64,000 nucleotides of DNA, taken from positions 2,272,001-2,336,000 of the forward strand of contig OZ245015.1 of NCBI GenBank assembly GCA_965223705.1. Direction: 5' to 3'. The translations under genes were made by a program, and so were the position numbers. The notes beneath the pieces are model-generated. The model did not search any database. It was not told the origin of the DNA and saw only the letters and a program-made list of their open reading frames with translations. Shown piece after piece: positions 32,075 to 42,319 of this stretch. Each line of letters starts with the position of its first letter. The first letter of the stretch is position 1. The DNA is from Myxococcota bacterium (lineage in GTDB: Bacteria > Myxococcota_A > UBA9160 > UBA6930).

Positions 32075-33532
32075 ATGAAAAACGCTGTCCTCGTCTTTCT
32101 ATTGACGGCGCTGGCCGCAGGCATGCCGGCCTCGGCCGGCGACTTCCTCATCGTCGGCGGCACGGTCGTGAATGCGGCCGGTTCGCAGCGGGCTGACGTT
32201 CGCATCCGCGGCGAGTTGATCGCCGAGGTGGGCGCGCTCGAGCCGGAGGAAGGCGAGCGTGTCATCGATGCCACCGGTCGGCTCGTCTTGCCGGGCGGTA
32301 TTGATCCCCACGTGCACCTGGCGCCGATCCGCGACCTCTTCACCTTTGCCGACGACTTCGAGAGCGGGTCCCGGGCGGCCCTCGCCGGGGGGATCACGAC
32401 GCTCGGTGAGATGGCGTTTCCCAACGAGGGTGAGTTACCGGTCGCCACGCTCGAGCGCGAGCGCGCTCTCATCGAAGCGCAGACGATCGCCGACGTGTTC
32501 GTGCATACGACCGTCATCGAGCCCAGCGATGCCGCGATCGCGAGCGTTGCCGGCCTGGTCGAAGCGGGCCAACCCTCGATCAAAATCTTCATGAACTTCG
32601 AGACGTTCGAGTCGCACGAGCCCGGCTTTCTGCGACTCATCGAGCGCGCTGGCGCGCTCGGAATCCGCATCGCCATCCACTGCGAAGACCTTCACACGAT
32701 GGCGCACGTCGCCAGCGCGCTCGAGGCGGAAGGCAAGACGTCGGCGAACCATTACCCCGCGAGTCGACCCGTTTTCACAGAGGAAGTCGCAACCCAGCGT
32801 GCGATGACCCTCGCCGAGATGACAGGGGCCTCGCTCTATGTCGTACACCTTTCTTCGGCCCGGGCGCTCCGTGCCGTCGCCGCGGTACGCGATCGCCTTC
32901 CGGTTTTCGTGGAGACGCGGCCGATCTATCTGCATCTGACCGACGAGCGTTACCGCGGCCCTGACGCCGGGCTTTTCGTCGGACAGCCCCCGATTCGTTC
33001 CGCTGCGGACCAGCGCGCGCTGTGGGAAGGAATTGTCGCCGGGACCGTCGACACCGTCGCAAGCGATCACGCTCCTTGGACGCGCGCCGAGAAGCTCGAT
33101 CCCGCGAATACGATCCTGCACCCGCGCCCGGGCGTGAACAATCTCCAGGTCATGCTCCCGATGCTCTTTTCCGACGGCGTCGTCGCCGAAAAGATCACCC
33201 GAGAGCGTTTCGTCGCCGTGACTTCGGCGAATGCCGCAAAGCTGTTTGGTCTCTATCCGCGCAAAGGTGCCGTCGCGCCCGGCTCGGACGCCGACCTCGC
33301 GGTCTGGGATCCGGGTGAAACGCGCACGATTCGCGACGCGGACGTTCTCTCGAAGACGGGGTTCTCGATCTACTCGGGGACGGAGGTCACCGGATGGCCC
33401 GTCCTCACGCTGCGACGCGGAGCGATCGTGTACGAGAACGGCAAAATCACCGCGAGTGCGGGAAGCGGTAAACTCATTCCGAGAAAGCCCATCGGGCGTC
33501 GTTCCGGTGAACCCCAGAAGGGAGCTCGATGA
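32075..33532 (+). CDS. dihydropyrimidinase/hydantoinase-like amidohydrolase with signal peptide
   Basis: PGGIDPHVH, GGITT, IKIFM (carbamylated Lys), HCED, HLS, SDHAP and GSDADL motifs. Confidence 0.88.
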   Translation: MKNAVLVFLLTALAAGMPASAGDFLIVGGTVVNAAGSQRADVRIRGELIAEVGALEPEEGERVIDATGRLVLPGGIDPHVHLAPIRDLFTFADDFESGSRAALAGGITTLGEMAFPNEGELPVATLERERALIEAQTIADVFVHTTVIEPSDAAIASVAGLVEAGQPSIKIFMNFETFESHEPGFLRLIERAGALGIRIAIHCEDLHTMAHVASALEAEGKTSANHYPASRPVFTEEVATQRAMTLAEMTGASLYVVHLSSARALRAVAAVRDRLPVFVETRPIYLHLTDERYRGPDAGLFVGQPPIRSAADQRALWEGIVAGTVDTVASDHAPWTRAEKLDPANTILHPRPGVNNLQVMLPMLFSDGVVAEKITRERFVAVTSANAAKLFGLYPRKGAVAPGSDADLAVWDPGETRTIRDADVLSKTGFSIYSGTEVTGWPVLTLRRGAIVYENGKITASAGSGKLIPRKPIGRRSGEPQKGAR

Positions 33533-34218
33533 GCCAGGTCAGCACGTGTCTGGTGGTTGGCGTGGGCCCGGGCCTGGGCGCCGCGGTGGGGCGCCGGTTT
33601 GCCAAGGCAGGGCATCCGATCGCCCTTGCGGCTCGCAACGTTGCGAGGCTCGCTGAATTTGTTTCAGAGATTGAAGCCGCGGGCGGAACCGCTCGGGGTT
33701 ATGCGTGTGACGCCACGGTCGAGGCGGACGTCGCCGCGCTGTTTGAGCGGGCAGAAAAAGACCTGGGACCGGTTGGCGTCGCCGTCTACAACGCGTCTGG
33801 CCGTGTGCGCAAGCCCATCGCCGAGACATCGGTGGAGGATTTTGTCAGCAGCTGGGAGCGCTGTTGTCTCGGCGGCTTTCTCGTCGGTCGCGAAGCGGCC
33901 CGCAGCATGGAACCGCGCGGCGAAGGAACCATCCTGTTTACGGGCGCCACGGCGAGCATGAAGGGTTATCCGCAGTCGGCCACATTTGCGGTGGGCAAGT
34001 TCGGCCTGCGCGCGCTGGCCGAATCGATGGCCCGCGAACTGCATCCGAAAGGCATTCACGTCGCACACTTCAATGTCGACGGTGGTATCGGTGAAAACGA
34101 GCAGGAATCTCTTCTGCGCCCCGAGGCGATCGCCGAGACCTACTACGCGACACATGCCCAGCATCGAAGCGCGTGGTCACACAGCGTCGAGATTCGGCCT
34201 TGGGTGGAAGGATTCTGA
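33529..34218 (+). CDS. short-chain dehydrogenase/reductase
   Basis: GVGPGLG, YNAS, FTGATAS, KFGLRALAESMAREL, C-terminal RPWVEGF. Confidence 0.9.
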   Translation: MSQVSTCLVVGVGPGLGAAVGRRFAKAGHPIALAARNVARLAEFVSEIEAAGGTARGYACDATVEADVAALFERAEKDLGPVGVAVYNASGRVRKPIAETSVEDFVSSWERCCLGGFLVGREAARSMEPRGEGTILFTGATASMKGYPQSATFAVGKFGLRALAESMARELHPKGIHVAHFNVDGGIGENEQESLLRPEAIAETYYATHAQHRSAWSHSVEIRPWVEGF

Positions 34219-34224
34219 GGAAAC

Positions 34225-35553
34225 TCAGCGACCTTGCGATTCCATATAGGCCGGGTCAAAGAGCTTTCGCTTCACTTTCTTGCTGTTCGGATGCAGGTAG
34301 AACTGCCCGATCGTGCAGCGTCCGGCCTGCACATCGAGCACAGTAAATGCTTCGAAGAATGAAGCACCGATGCCCGCGTGCTCGCTTCCTTTGTAGAAGT
34401 CCGGGTGGGCCTGTCCGACGATGTAGATCTTCCAAAGCTTCCCGGCCACGTCATAGATGTCTTCGTAGGGGACCGTAAAGGTCTGCGCGTCCATATAGAG
34501 GCGCCTTCGCGTCACCGGATGGGCTTCGTCGACAGGCGATCCGTCGAGCACATGGATCTTGCGAAGCTGCCAGTGGATCAGCGGAAAACAGCCCCCCTGC
34601 CCGCCAAACGCGACGAACTGGTACCCGTCCTTCTGGGGGGGCGGATCCGTCGCGAACTCGGTGAGCTCGCTGTGTCGATAGAAGGGCACGAGGACGTTTG
34701 CCGTGCGTACATAAGTCCATCGGTAATCCGAGATGCGACCGTTGTACCCGCCGAAGTCCTCGATCATCAGCTCGGAGCCGAGGTAGGAATCCGTCGTCTG
34801 TCCCGTAGCAAGGCGCCGGATGCGACGCGTCGAGCCCAAGTACATCCACGCGTCGTCGCGCTTCTTGTCGTCGATATAGCGATGCATCAACAGCTGCGTG
34901 CCGCGGAGCTCGAAGGGCTCGCGCACGTTCAAGTAGAGCGAGCGCAAGATCTTGTGCTTGTTGGGCTTGAGTTCCGGCTTGGGCTCCGTGTCGACCCGAC
35001 CCATCACGTTGAGCAGGTGCCCTTCGAGCTCGATCCGCCGGTCGATGGTCCCGTCGGACATGTGCTTGTAGGTCCAGTACATCGGGTCGACGCTCAGGGC
35101 GTCGCCTGCGGCATAGCCGTATTGATAGTTCCAAATGAGTTTCTCGCCCGCGCGGGGATCGTCGGACGCCGGTTCCTCGGGGAAAGGACGGCCCGCGACG
35201 AAGCCGCTGATGTCGCCCGGTTCGGGCCCCAACTGGACCTTCCCCAACTGCTCGAGCGTCGCCTGTTTGTAGTTCTCCGAGATGTCGATCGAAAAGGTCG
35301 GCCGCGTTTCGAGTACGTAGCCACCATCCCCGACAATCCCGGCCAGGCCCTCCGGGACGGCATCGATGAAGGAAGCGAGGTTCGACGCGTCTACGGCCAC
35401 ACCGGGCGTGTAGCCGGGCATCGTGGGCGGTCCGTCGATGTAGGGGGAAAACGCATTCTGGATGATGTCGTCCGCCTGATCGGCCCGCGCAATTCCGGCG
35501 GCGGCCAAGACGAGAGCGACGAGCAGCAGCGAGCGCGTCGAAGTTCGGATCAT
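34225..35553 (-). CDS. DUF1329 family periplasmic protein
   Basis: Signal peptide; GRPFP..DPRAGEKLIWN, DDAWMY, RRIRRL and YDVAGKLWK motifs. Confidence 0.85.
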   Translation of the reverse strand: MIRTSTRSLLLVALVLAAAGIARADQADDIIQNAFSPYIDGPPTMPGYTPGVAVDASNLASFIDAVPEGLAGIVGDGGYVLETRPTFSIDISENYKQATLEQLGKVQLGPEPGDISGFVAGRPFPEEPASDDPRAGEKLIWNYQYGYAAGDALSVDPMYWTYKHMSDGTIDRRIELEGHLLNVMGRVDTEPKPELKPNKHKILRSLYLNVREPFELRGTQLLMHRYIDDKKRDDAWMYLGSTRRIRRLATGQTTDSYLGSELMIEDFGGYNGRISDYRWTYVRTANVLVPFYRHSELTEFATDPPPQKDGYQFVAFGGQGGCFPLIHWQLRKIHVLDGSPVDEAHPVTRRRLYMDAQTFTVPYEDIYDVAGKLWKIYIVGQAHPDFYKGSEHAGIGASFFEAFTVLDVQAGRCTIGQFYLHPNSKKVKRKLFDPAYMESQGR

Positions 35554-37931
35554 CGAGGATTCTCCTGTTTCGCAGTCTCGGATCGTACGAAGCGAGGCTT
35601 CGCAACCGTGATCCAGGCCGGCACGAACAATAGAGCGGCCAGCATATTGAAGATCATCATCGCGATCAGTAGCTGCGCGGCGTCGGCCTGGAAGCGCAGC
35701 GTTGAACCGACGACCCAAGCGGCGACGCCGCACACCAACGTCGCCGCGGTGAAGGTGATCGCCAAGCCGGTGGTCGAGAGGGCGAGGCGCACGGCGTCCG
35801 CCACAGTTGCAGCGCCGTCACCCATTTCTCGCCGGACTCGATCCATCAAGTAGATCGCGTAGTCGATCCCGATTCCGATGCCGACACCCACGACCGAAAC
35901 GGTGTTCAAGTTCATCGAAATGCCCGCGAACCGCATGTACGCGTGAGTCAGCACCGTGGCGAGGAGCATCGTCATGAGCATCAGCCATGCGGCGTGGAAG
36001 GATCGGTAGAAAAGGAGCACCGAGCAGAACACGAATCCGAGGACAGCCGGGACGATGCGCCAGCTCGACGTGCGGATCTCTTCGTTGATGGCCGCTGTGA
36101 CACCGACGATTCCCGCGGCCAGCTGGATCTCGAGGCCTGGGACCTCCGCCTCAGGGGATTCCACCCACGCGCGGGCGCGTTCGACCAGACGCCGGACCGT
36201 GCCGGCGCGGTAGTCCGTCGCGAAGAAACGAACGTTCGTCTCCTGTTGCGGGGAGTCGATCAGGTGGCGCAGGGCGTCGGGGATCGCGGCGGTGAACACG
36301 TAGGAATAGATCAGTGTCCCGGTGTCGTCGCTGTTCTCGGGCAGCTGGGCATAGCGCGGATCGTCATTGCGGGTGTACCGATGGAGAAGCCGTACGAACT
36401 GCGGCAGATCGAACCCGGCGACGACGGCGGGGTCTTCGAGCATGTACTGGGAGAGCGCTTCGATTGCCTCGAGGACTTCGAGTCGCCGCAACCCCTCGGG
36501 CTCCTCGGTCCGGGCGACGAGGTAAAGAGGCGCCGTCCCTTCGAACTGCCCGGCGATCGCTGCAGCAGACCGATTGTAGTCGTGGGACGGATACAGGAGA
36601 GACGAGCCCGGCTCCGTCTCCCCCACTTCGAGCCCGAGGCTGTACACGGCCGACAGGACGAATGCGACGCCACAGGCGACGAGGATCGCCCGCGCCGTCG
36701 CGGCTTGGGTGAGCCAGCGGCCCCAAGCCGGCATCGCGCGGCGCAGAACCGTCGCAAGATGTCCTCCACCCGGAGGAGGCAGCCAAGAGAGGAGGAGCGG
36801 AACGACGAGCAGGCCACTGACCGAGATCGACAACGCCCAAAACGCGCCGTAGCCCGCGAGCTTGTCGTTCAAGGGGATGTCGCTCAGCGCGATCAACGCG
36901 ATACCCGCAGCGTCGCCGACGATGGCGAGCAATCCGGGCGTCAGCAGATCCTCGAAGGCCGCGGCGGCGGCCGCTTTCGACTCGCCGTGGTGAACGAACT
37001 CCTCGCGGAATCGCTCGAGCATCTGGACCGCATGGGAGAGCGCGCGAGCGGACACGAGGAACGGAATCACCAACGTCAGCGGATTGATTCCCTGCCCCAA
37101 GAACCCCAGGTAACCGAGGCCCCAACAAGCCGAAATCGACGCGGCGAGAAGCGGGAGAAACACGCCCACCGGATGGTAAAAGTGACCGACCAGGAGCAGT
37201 GTCATGATCCCCAGCGTGAAGAGCATGACGACGCCTGCTTCGGGCAAGTAGCCGATCGCCCACCCCATCAGCACGGAGGGCCCCACCGCGTGAATCGCAA
37301 CGCCGGGCGCGCTCTCCTCGGCACGAACGGTCTGCAGCGCTGCGAACGTTTCCTCGACGTCGAGGTCGATCTCGTTCAGTTGGGCGTGAATTAGCGCTGT
37401 CGAGAAATCGTAGGAGACCAGCACCCCGAACACTTCGGGGTTCGAGGAGATACTCGACCGCAATTCTTCGAGCTGTTCCGGGCGGAGTGCCGGTGCGCGG
37501 GGGTTGTAGTACGGCCGGGAGATCAGGTTGCCGTCGGGCGTCACGAACGTGTTGCGGACGTTGCGGTGTGTGAGGCTGCGCAACAGATTGTGATCGACGC
37601 CGGGAATGGCGTCGATTCGGCGCGTGATGCGATCGAGCCGAGCGAGTCCTTCGTTCGTCAGGAGACCGCCGGGCTCGAGCTCGACCGCCGCCAAGATGAC
37701 GTTCGCACCGCCAAAGGTGTCGCGAATGCGGTTGTGGAGTTCGATCGAAGGATGGCCCGCCGGAAGGAGATCCGAAAAGCTCGATTCGAGATACAACCGC
37801 GGGATTTGCGACGCGAAGACGAGGGTCGCCGCGGCGATGACCAGGAGGACGGCGCGCGGGGCGCGGAACACCAGAGTGGTGACGCGCGCCGACCAACGCG
37901 CGCGCGCATCGGTCGAGGAAGGGGCACTCAT
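35550..37931 (-). CDS. MMPL/RND family transporter
   Basis: Two TM bundles with large periplasmic loops; FGGAN, SARALSHAVQ and GIGIDYAIY motifs. Confidence 0.88.
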   Translation of the reverse strand: MSAPSSTDARARWSARVTTLVFRAPRAVLLVIAAATLVFASQIPRLYLESSFSDLLPAGHPSIELHNRIRDTFGGANVILAAVELEPGGLLTNEGLARLDRITRRIDAIPGVDHNLLRSLTHRNVRNTFVTPDGNLISRPYYNPRAPALRPEQLEELRSSISSNPEVFGVLVSYDFSTALIHAQLNEIDLDVEETFAALQTVRAEESAPGVAIHAVGPSVLMGWAIGYLPEAGVVMLFTLGIMTLLLVGHFYHPVGVFLPLLAASISACWGLGYLGFLGQGINPLTLVIPFLVSARALSHAVQMLERFREEFVHHGESKAAAAAAFEDLLTPGLLAIVGDAAGIALIALSDIPLNDKLAGYGAFWALSISVSGLLVVPLLLSWLPPPGGGHLATVLRRAMPAWGRWLTQAATARAILVACGVAFVLSAVYSLGLEVGETEPGSSLLYPSHDYNRSAAAIAGQFEGTAPLYLVARTEEPEGLRRLEVLEAIEALSQYMLEDPAVVAGFDLPQFVRLLHRYTRNDDPRYAQLPENSDDTGTLIYSYVFTAAIPDALRHLIDSPQQETNVRFFATDYRAGTVRRLVERARAWVESPEAEVPGLEIQLAAGIVGVTAAINEEIRTSSWRIVPAVLGFVFCSVLLFYRSFHAAWLMLMTMLLATVLTHAYMRFAGISMNLNTVSVVGVGIGIGIDYAIYLMDRVRREMGDGAATVADAVRLALSTTGLAITFTAATLVCGVAAWVVGSTLRFQADAAQLLIAMMIFNMLAALLFVPAWITVAKPRFVRSETAKQENPR

Positions 37932-38968
37932 GGACTCGATCCCGCGTCCGCGCTCGAGGCGTTCAGCCGAACCAAGCCCGCGGAACCCACGGCGAACAAA
38001 GGGCCCTCGGCGGGTCGCGTGAGACCGCGGAGATCGTGCGCGACGCCGCGACGCGGGCTCGCGAGCAGCCGCTTCCAGCGCGGCGGTGTGCCTTCTTGGC
38101 GTCGACTGGCGAAGCCGCCGGCGCCCACGATCACCATCGCCCCCTCACCCCGCGAGATGCCGTAGACCGCGCCGGAGAACTGCGTCTCCTCCTGGACCCA
38201 CTGCTCCGCGCCGGCGTCGAGCCGGAAGACCGCGCCGGTATTGCCGACGACCCACGTCCGACCATCGGGGGCGAACGCCGCTGCGTGGGGATAGAGATCG
38301 CCCTCGACCGAGGGACCGATGCGCCATTCCTTTCCGCCGTCGTCCGTCGCGAGAAACGTGCCGAATTCGCCGACGACGCGAACGCGGTCGACGCCGATCA
38401 GGCCGACCGCCGTCAGCAGGCGATCGCTGCGGTCGTCGAATACACGCCTCCAGCGATTTCCACGATCGTCGCTGCGCAAAACCGTGCTGTACTCGCCGAC
38501 CGCCCACAGGTCCCCGGTCGGCCCGCAGTGGAGGTCGAGAAGTCGCGCGCCTGCCGGTCGGTTTTCCGGGTCGTTCTGGATCGGCCGTCTCTCCCACGGC
38601 GCGTCCCGCGAGCTCCGTCCCCACAACCCGCTCCGAAAGTCCAACAGGAGGAAGCGACCGTCGGGGCACACGGTGAGAGCGATGAAAGGTGGGCGGCCGG
38701 GGAGCTCGGTCCGCTCGAACCGTTGACCGCCGTCGATCGACTCCAGCACGAGGCCTTTCGAGCCCACGGCCACGAGGCGTTTCCCGTCCCGCGCGATGGC
38801 TTGGAGCGCGTCGGCCGGCGCAGCCACCGCGAGATGCTCTCGTGCAGGGAGTTCGCGCGGACGTTCGGCTGCCGCGACTGTCACGAGTAGGACAGAGCCC
38901 AGCGCGATGGCAGCGTACCGGGCCCCCCGCGGCGTACGCGCAAAACGACAAAATCGACGCGTATCCAA
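37928..38968 (-). CDS. YCF48/BNR-repeat beta-propeller protein
   Basis: AVG..G and SxDGGxxW (BNR) repeats; adjacent to the RND and DUF1329 genes. Confidence 0.8.
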   Translation of the reverse strand: MDTRRFCRFARTPRGARYAAIALGSVLLVTVAAAERPRELPAREHLAVAAPADALQAIARDGKRLVAVGSKGLVLESIDGGQRFERTELPGRPPFIALTVCPDGRFLLLDFRSGLWGRSSRDAPWERRPIQNDPENRPAGARLLDLHCGPTGDLWAVGEYSTVLRSDDRGNRWRRVFDDRSDRLLTAVGLIGVDRVRVVGEFGTFLATDDGGKEWRIGPSVEGDLYPHAAAFAPDGRTWVVGNTGAVFRLDAGAEQWVQEETQFSGAVYGISRGEGAMVIVGAGGFASRRQEGTPPRWKRLLASPRRGVAHDLRGLTRPAEGPLFAVGSAGLVRLNASSADAGSSP

Positions 38969-39025
38969 GGGGTGGTCCTGGGCTCCTCGAGTGGGACGAT
39001 GCGGCCTCCGATCCTACACGAACTC

Positions 39026-40012
39026 TCACTCCGCTGTGGAAACCCGCGGGGGGTCGGGAGCGGGATTTCTAGGCTCCCGGACCGCGCGGTCCGAGGCGAT
39101 CACGAGGTAGACGACAGCGGAGAGCACGACGGCTCCGCCGATGAGTGTGCCTCCGCTCGGCACTTCACCGGGCCAGATCCACACCCACAGCGGTGTGAGC
39201 ACGATCTCCGAGAGGTTCAACAACGACACCTGGGCCGTCGGCACCGAGCGGTGCCCGATGTTGTACAGGGGCAGCCCGAGCCCGAGAGCGATCCCGCCGG
39301 CGGCGAACGCGAGAAGGAAGTCTTTCGCGCTGTACGCGAGACCCACCGTCGCGAACGAGACCCATCCCGCCCCGATCAGAATGGCGACCCCGGCGATGAT
39401 CGCGGGTTGTAGTGGATCCGCCTGATGCCCACCCGACCGGATCAAGACGTTGTAGAGCCCCAGCATCACCGGGATGGCGGCGGCGAAAATCACGCCGCTC
39501 GTCTGCCCGGCCTCGATTCCGGATCCCACCATGACGGCGACACCGACCGCCGCCACCGCCATCGCACCCAGTGTGAGGAGAGAAACGCTTTCGCCGAGGA
39601 AGACGCGTCCAAAGAACGCCCCGAAAAATGGAGCCGCGGGCAGCATGAAGATCGTGAGCGCCGCGGTCGTTCTCGCCAGCGCCAGAACAAAACACACGGC
39701 CATCGCGGCCATCAACAGGCCCGCGACGATCGTGCGCCCACCCAACGAAACGCGGGCCACATCCGCTCTCCGTCGTCGAATCCAAGCCACGCACAACAGA
39801 ACCAGCGCCGCGGATCCGCCGCGAACAGTCAGGAACTGCCAATCATTGGCGTGTTCGAGGGCTCTGAAGAAGATGGCCGTGAAGCTGAACAGGACCCCCG
39901 CGGTGAGGACCGAGATCGCTCCCTGCCGATACGTGAGGTCAACCGTCACCGCGCGAACGATCGCGAGAAGGTTTGGATCATCCACCCGTTTTACGCCGAA
40001 CCCCGTGTCCAT
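39026..40012 (-). CDS. DMT/EamA family transporter
   Basis: About 10 TM helices; FLGE, E..L.PLWVW and GE.P motifs. Confidence 0.85.
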   Translation of the reverse strand: MDTGFGVKRVDDPNLLAIVRAVTVDLTYRQGAISVLTAGVLFSFTAIFFRALEHANDWQFLTVRGGSAALVLLCVAWIRRRRADVARVSLGGRTIVAGLLMAAMAVCFVLALARTTAALTIFMLPAAPFFGAFFGRVFLGESVSLLTLGAMAVAAVGVAVMVGSGIEAGQTSGVIFAAAIPVMLGLYNVLIRSGGHQADPLQPAIIAGVAILIGAGWVSFATVGLAYSAKDFLLAFAAGGIALGLGLPLYNIGHRSVPTAQVSLLNLSEIVLTPLWVWIWPGEVPSGGTLIGGAVVLSAVVYLVIASDRAVREPRNPAPDPPRVSTAE

Positions 40013-40073
40013 GGGAAGCGCTCGTTCGGGCGCTCGTTGCGCATGCTCGGCGCCCCGTCATATAGTGGAAACG

Positions 40074-41102
40074 ATGTCTTCACAACTCGAATTCGGAATG
40101 TTCGACTGGCTCGATCGAGGGACGGGCTCTACCGGTGAACTCTACGAATCCCGCATGGCGCTCATCGAGCGGGCCGATCGGGCGGGTTTCTACGGCTACC
40201 ACCTGGCAGAGCATCACGCGACACCGCTCGGCATGGCGCCCTCACCGTCTGTCTTTTTCTCCGCGGTGGCACAGCGGACGAGCCAGATCCGCTTCAGCCC
40301 GATGGCCTACCTCCTCCCCCTCTACCACCCGCTGCGGCTCGTCGAAGAGATCTGCATGCTCGATCATCTTTCCGGCGGACGTGTGGAAGTCGGTGTGAGT
40401 CGCGGCGTCTCGCCCCATGAGATCGGCTGCTACGCCGTCGAGCCCGAAGAGACGCGTGAAATCTTCACCGAAACCCTGGCGATCTATCGGGCGGCCATGT
40501 GCGAGCCCGTCCTCAATCACGTCGGAAAACACTTCCAATTCAAAGACGTGCCGATGGAGATCGAGCCGCTCCAGCGGCCCTACCCGCCCCTCTGGTACCC
40601 GTCGTTCAGCGAAGCGGGCGTGCAATACGCGGCGGAGCACGGGTTTCATTTCATGAGCCTCGGGCCACCGTCGCTCGTAGCCCACCTGATGGGCCGCTAC
40701 CGCGAGATTTCCGCGCAGCATGCCGATCGGACCGATCGCATCAACGGTCATGTCACCCAACCCAAGCTCGGCGCGATGCGACAGATCTTTGTCGCCGATT
40801 CCGACGAAGCGGCGATGGCGATCGCCGAGCCGGCCTACGCGGATTGGTACAAGTCGATTCTCAAGCTCTGGCACCGTCGCAGTGACAACTCCTACGACGG
40901 ATTTTTCGATTGGGAGAGTTGCCTCGGCGGAGAGACGGTGCTGATCGGTTCCGTCGCGACCGTCCGTGAGCAGATTGAGAAGCTCGTCGAGGAGAGCGGC
41001 ATCAACTACTTCGTCGGGTCCTTCGCTTGGGGCTCTCTCAGTCACGAGCAGAGCATGGGGTCTCTCGAACGGTTCATCGACGAGATCGTTCCCGCCCTCT
41101 AA
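40074..41102 (+). CDS. LLM-class flavin-dependent oxidoreductase
   Basis: GYHLAEHH, SGGRVEVGVSRG and QRPYPPLW motifs. Confidence 0.9.
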   Translation: MSSQLEFGMFDWLDRGTGSTGELYESRMALIERADRAGFYGYHLAEHHATPLGMAPSPSVFFSAVAQRTSQIRFSPMAYLLPLYHPLRLVEEICMLDHLSGGRVEVGVSRGVSPHEIGCYAVEPEETREIFTETLAIYRAAMCEPVLNHVGKHFQFKDVPMEIEPLQRPYPPLWYPSFSEAGVQYAAEHGFHFMSLGPPSLVAHLMGRYREISAQHADRTDRINGHVTQPKLGAMRQIFVADSDEAAMAIAEPAYADWYKSILKLWHRRSDNSYDGFFDWESCLGGETVLIGSVATVREQIEKLVEESGINYFVGSFAWGSLSHEQSMGSLERFIDEIVPAL

Positions 41103-41115
41103 CCCGGAGCTTGTC

Positions 41116-42147
41116 ATGGCGCGCTTGCGAAATGCCGTCATCGGTAGCTATCCCCAACCCGCCTGGTTGGTGGATCGGGAACGACTCATCGAAAAGGTCG
41201 TCCCGCGCGTCCGCGCACAGGATATCTGGCGGGTGCCCGAGCCCTTTCTCGAAGAAGCCCAGAACGACGCAACGCTCCTCGCCATCCGCGACCAAGAGCG
41301 CGCGGGCCTCGAAGAGATCACCGATGGCGAGATGCGGCGGGAGAGTTACTCGAACCGCTTCGGAACCGCCCTCTCGGGTGTCGATATCGAGGACCCCGTG
41401 GTGGTCGAGGTCCAGAATCTAACCATGCGCCTTCCGCGCATCGTCGGTCCCCTCGGCCGGCCGCATCCCGTTGAGGTCGACGATCTCATGTTCTTGCGGG
41501 CCAACACCGATCGAAGGACGAAGATCACGCTGCCAGGTCCCTTCACCCTCAGCAAACAAGCGAACGACGAGCACTACAAAGATCCCGAGGCCTTGGCGAT
41601 GGCCTACGCCGAGCTCGTGAACCAGGAGGCACGGGACCTCGAGGCGGCGGGGGCCGACGTGATTCAGCTCGACGAACCCTGGCTGCGACAGGATCCCGAC
41701 GGCGCGAACCGCTACGCCGTCGCCGCAATCAACCGGGCTCTCGAAGGCCTTCGCGTGGAGACGGCGATCCACCTGTGTTTTGGGTACGGCTTCGTGGTCG
41801 GACCCGACAAACCCAAAGCGTACGCGTTCCTCGACGGATTGGCGGATTGCGCTGTCAATCAAATCTCGGTGGAGGCCGCGCAAGCGCAGCTCGATCTCGG
41901 CGTCTTCAAGCACCTATCGACCAAGACGATTTTGCTGGGCGTCTTGGATCTCTCGAACAACCGTGTCGAAGCGGACGAGGTCATCGCCTCCCGAATCCGG
42001 AGCGCACTTCCCTTCGTACCGCCGGAGCGGCTGGTCCCCTCGCCCGACTGCGGGATGAAATATCTGAGCCGAGAGGCCGCGTTCGGGAAGCTCTGCGCGC
42101 TGGTACGCGCGACTGAGATCGTGAACCGCGAAATCGACGCCGCGTAG
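41116..42147 (+). CDS. cobalamin-independent methionine synthase II family (short MetE-like) protein
   Basis: GSYPQP, TDGEMRR, PGPFT, QLDEP, HLCFG and PDCG (Zn ligands). Confidence 0.88.
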   Translation: MARLRNAVIGSYPQPAWLVDRERLIEKVVPRVRAQDIWRVPEPFLEEAQNDATLLAIRDQERAGLEEITDGEMRRESYSNRFGTALSGVDIEDPVVVEVQNLTMRLPRIVGPLGRPHPVEVDDLMFLRANTDRRTKITLPGPFTLSKQANDEHYKDPEALAMAYAELVNQEARDLEAAGADVIQLDEPWLRQDPDGANRYAVAAINRALEGLRVETAIHLCFGYGFVVGPDKPKAYAFLDGLADCAVNQISVEAAQAQLDLGVFKHLSTKTILLGVLDLSNNRVEADEVIASRIRSALPFVPPERLVPSPDCGMKYLSREAAFGKLCALVRATEIVNREIDAA

Positions 42148-42319
42148 GGTCTCCGAACGGCAGACCGAGGCATGGCCGCGGCAAGTGGGGGCACCGTGCT
42201 CAAACATTCTCGCGCCGACTGGGTGATGAGAGCGCTCGCACACCTAGGCGGCGCTGCGAAACTGCGCGCGGTACCCCTACCTGCCGCGGCCTCGCGACAC
42301 CCAGCCCATCCGCTAGGCG

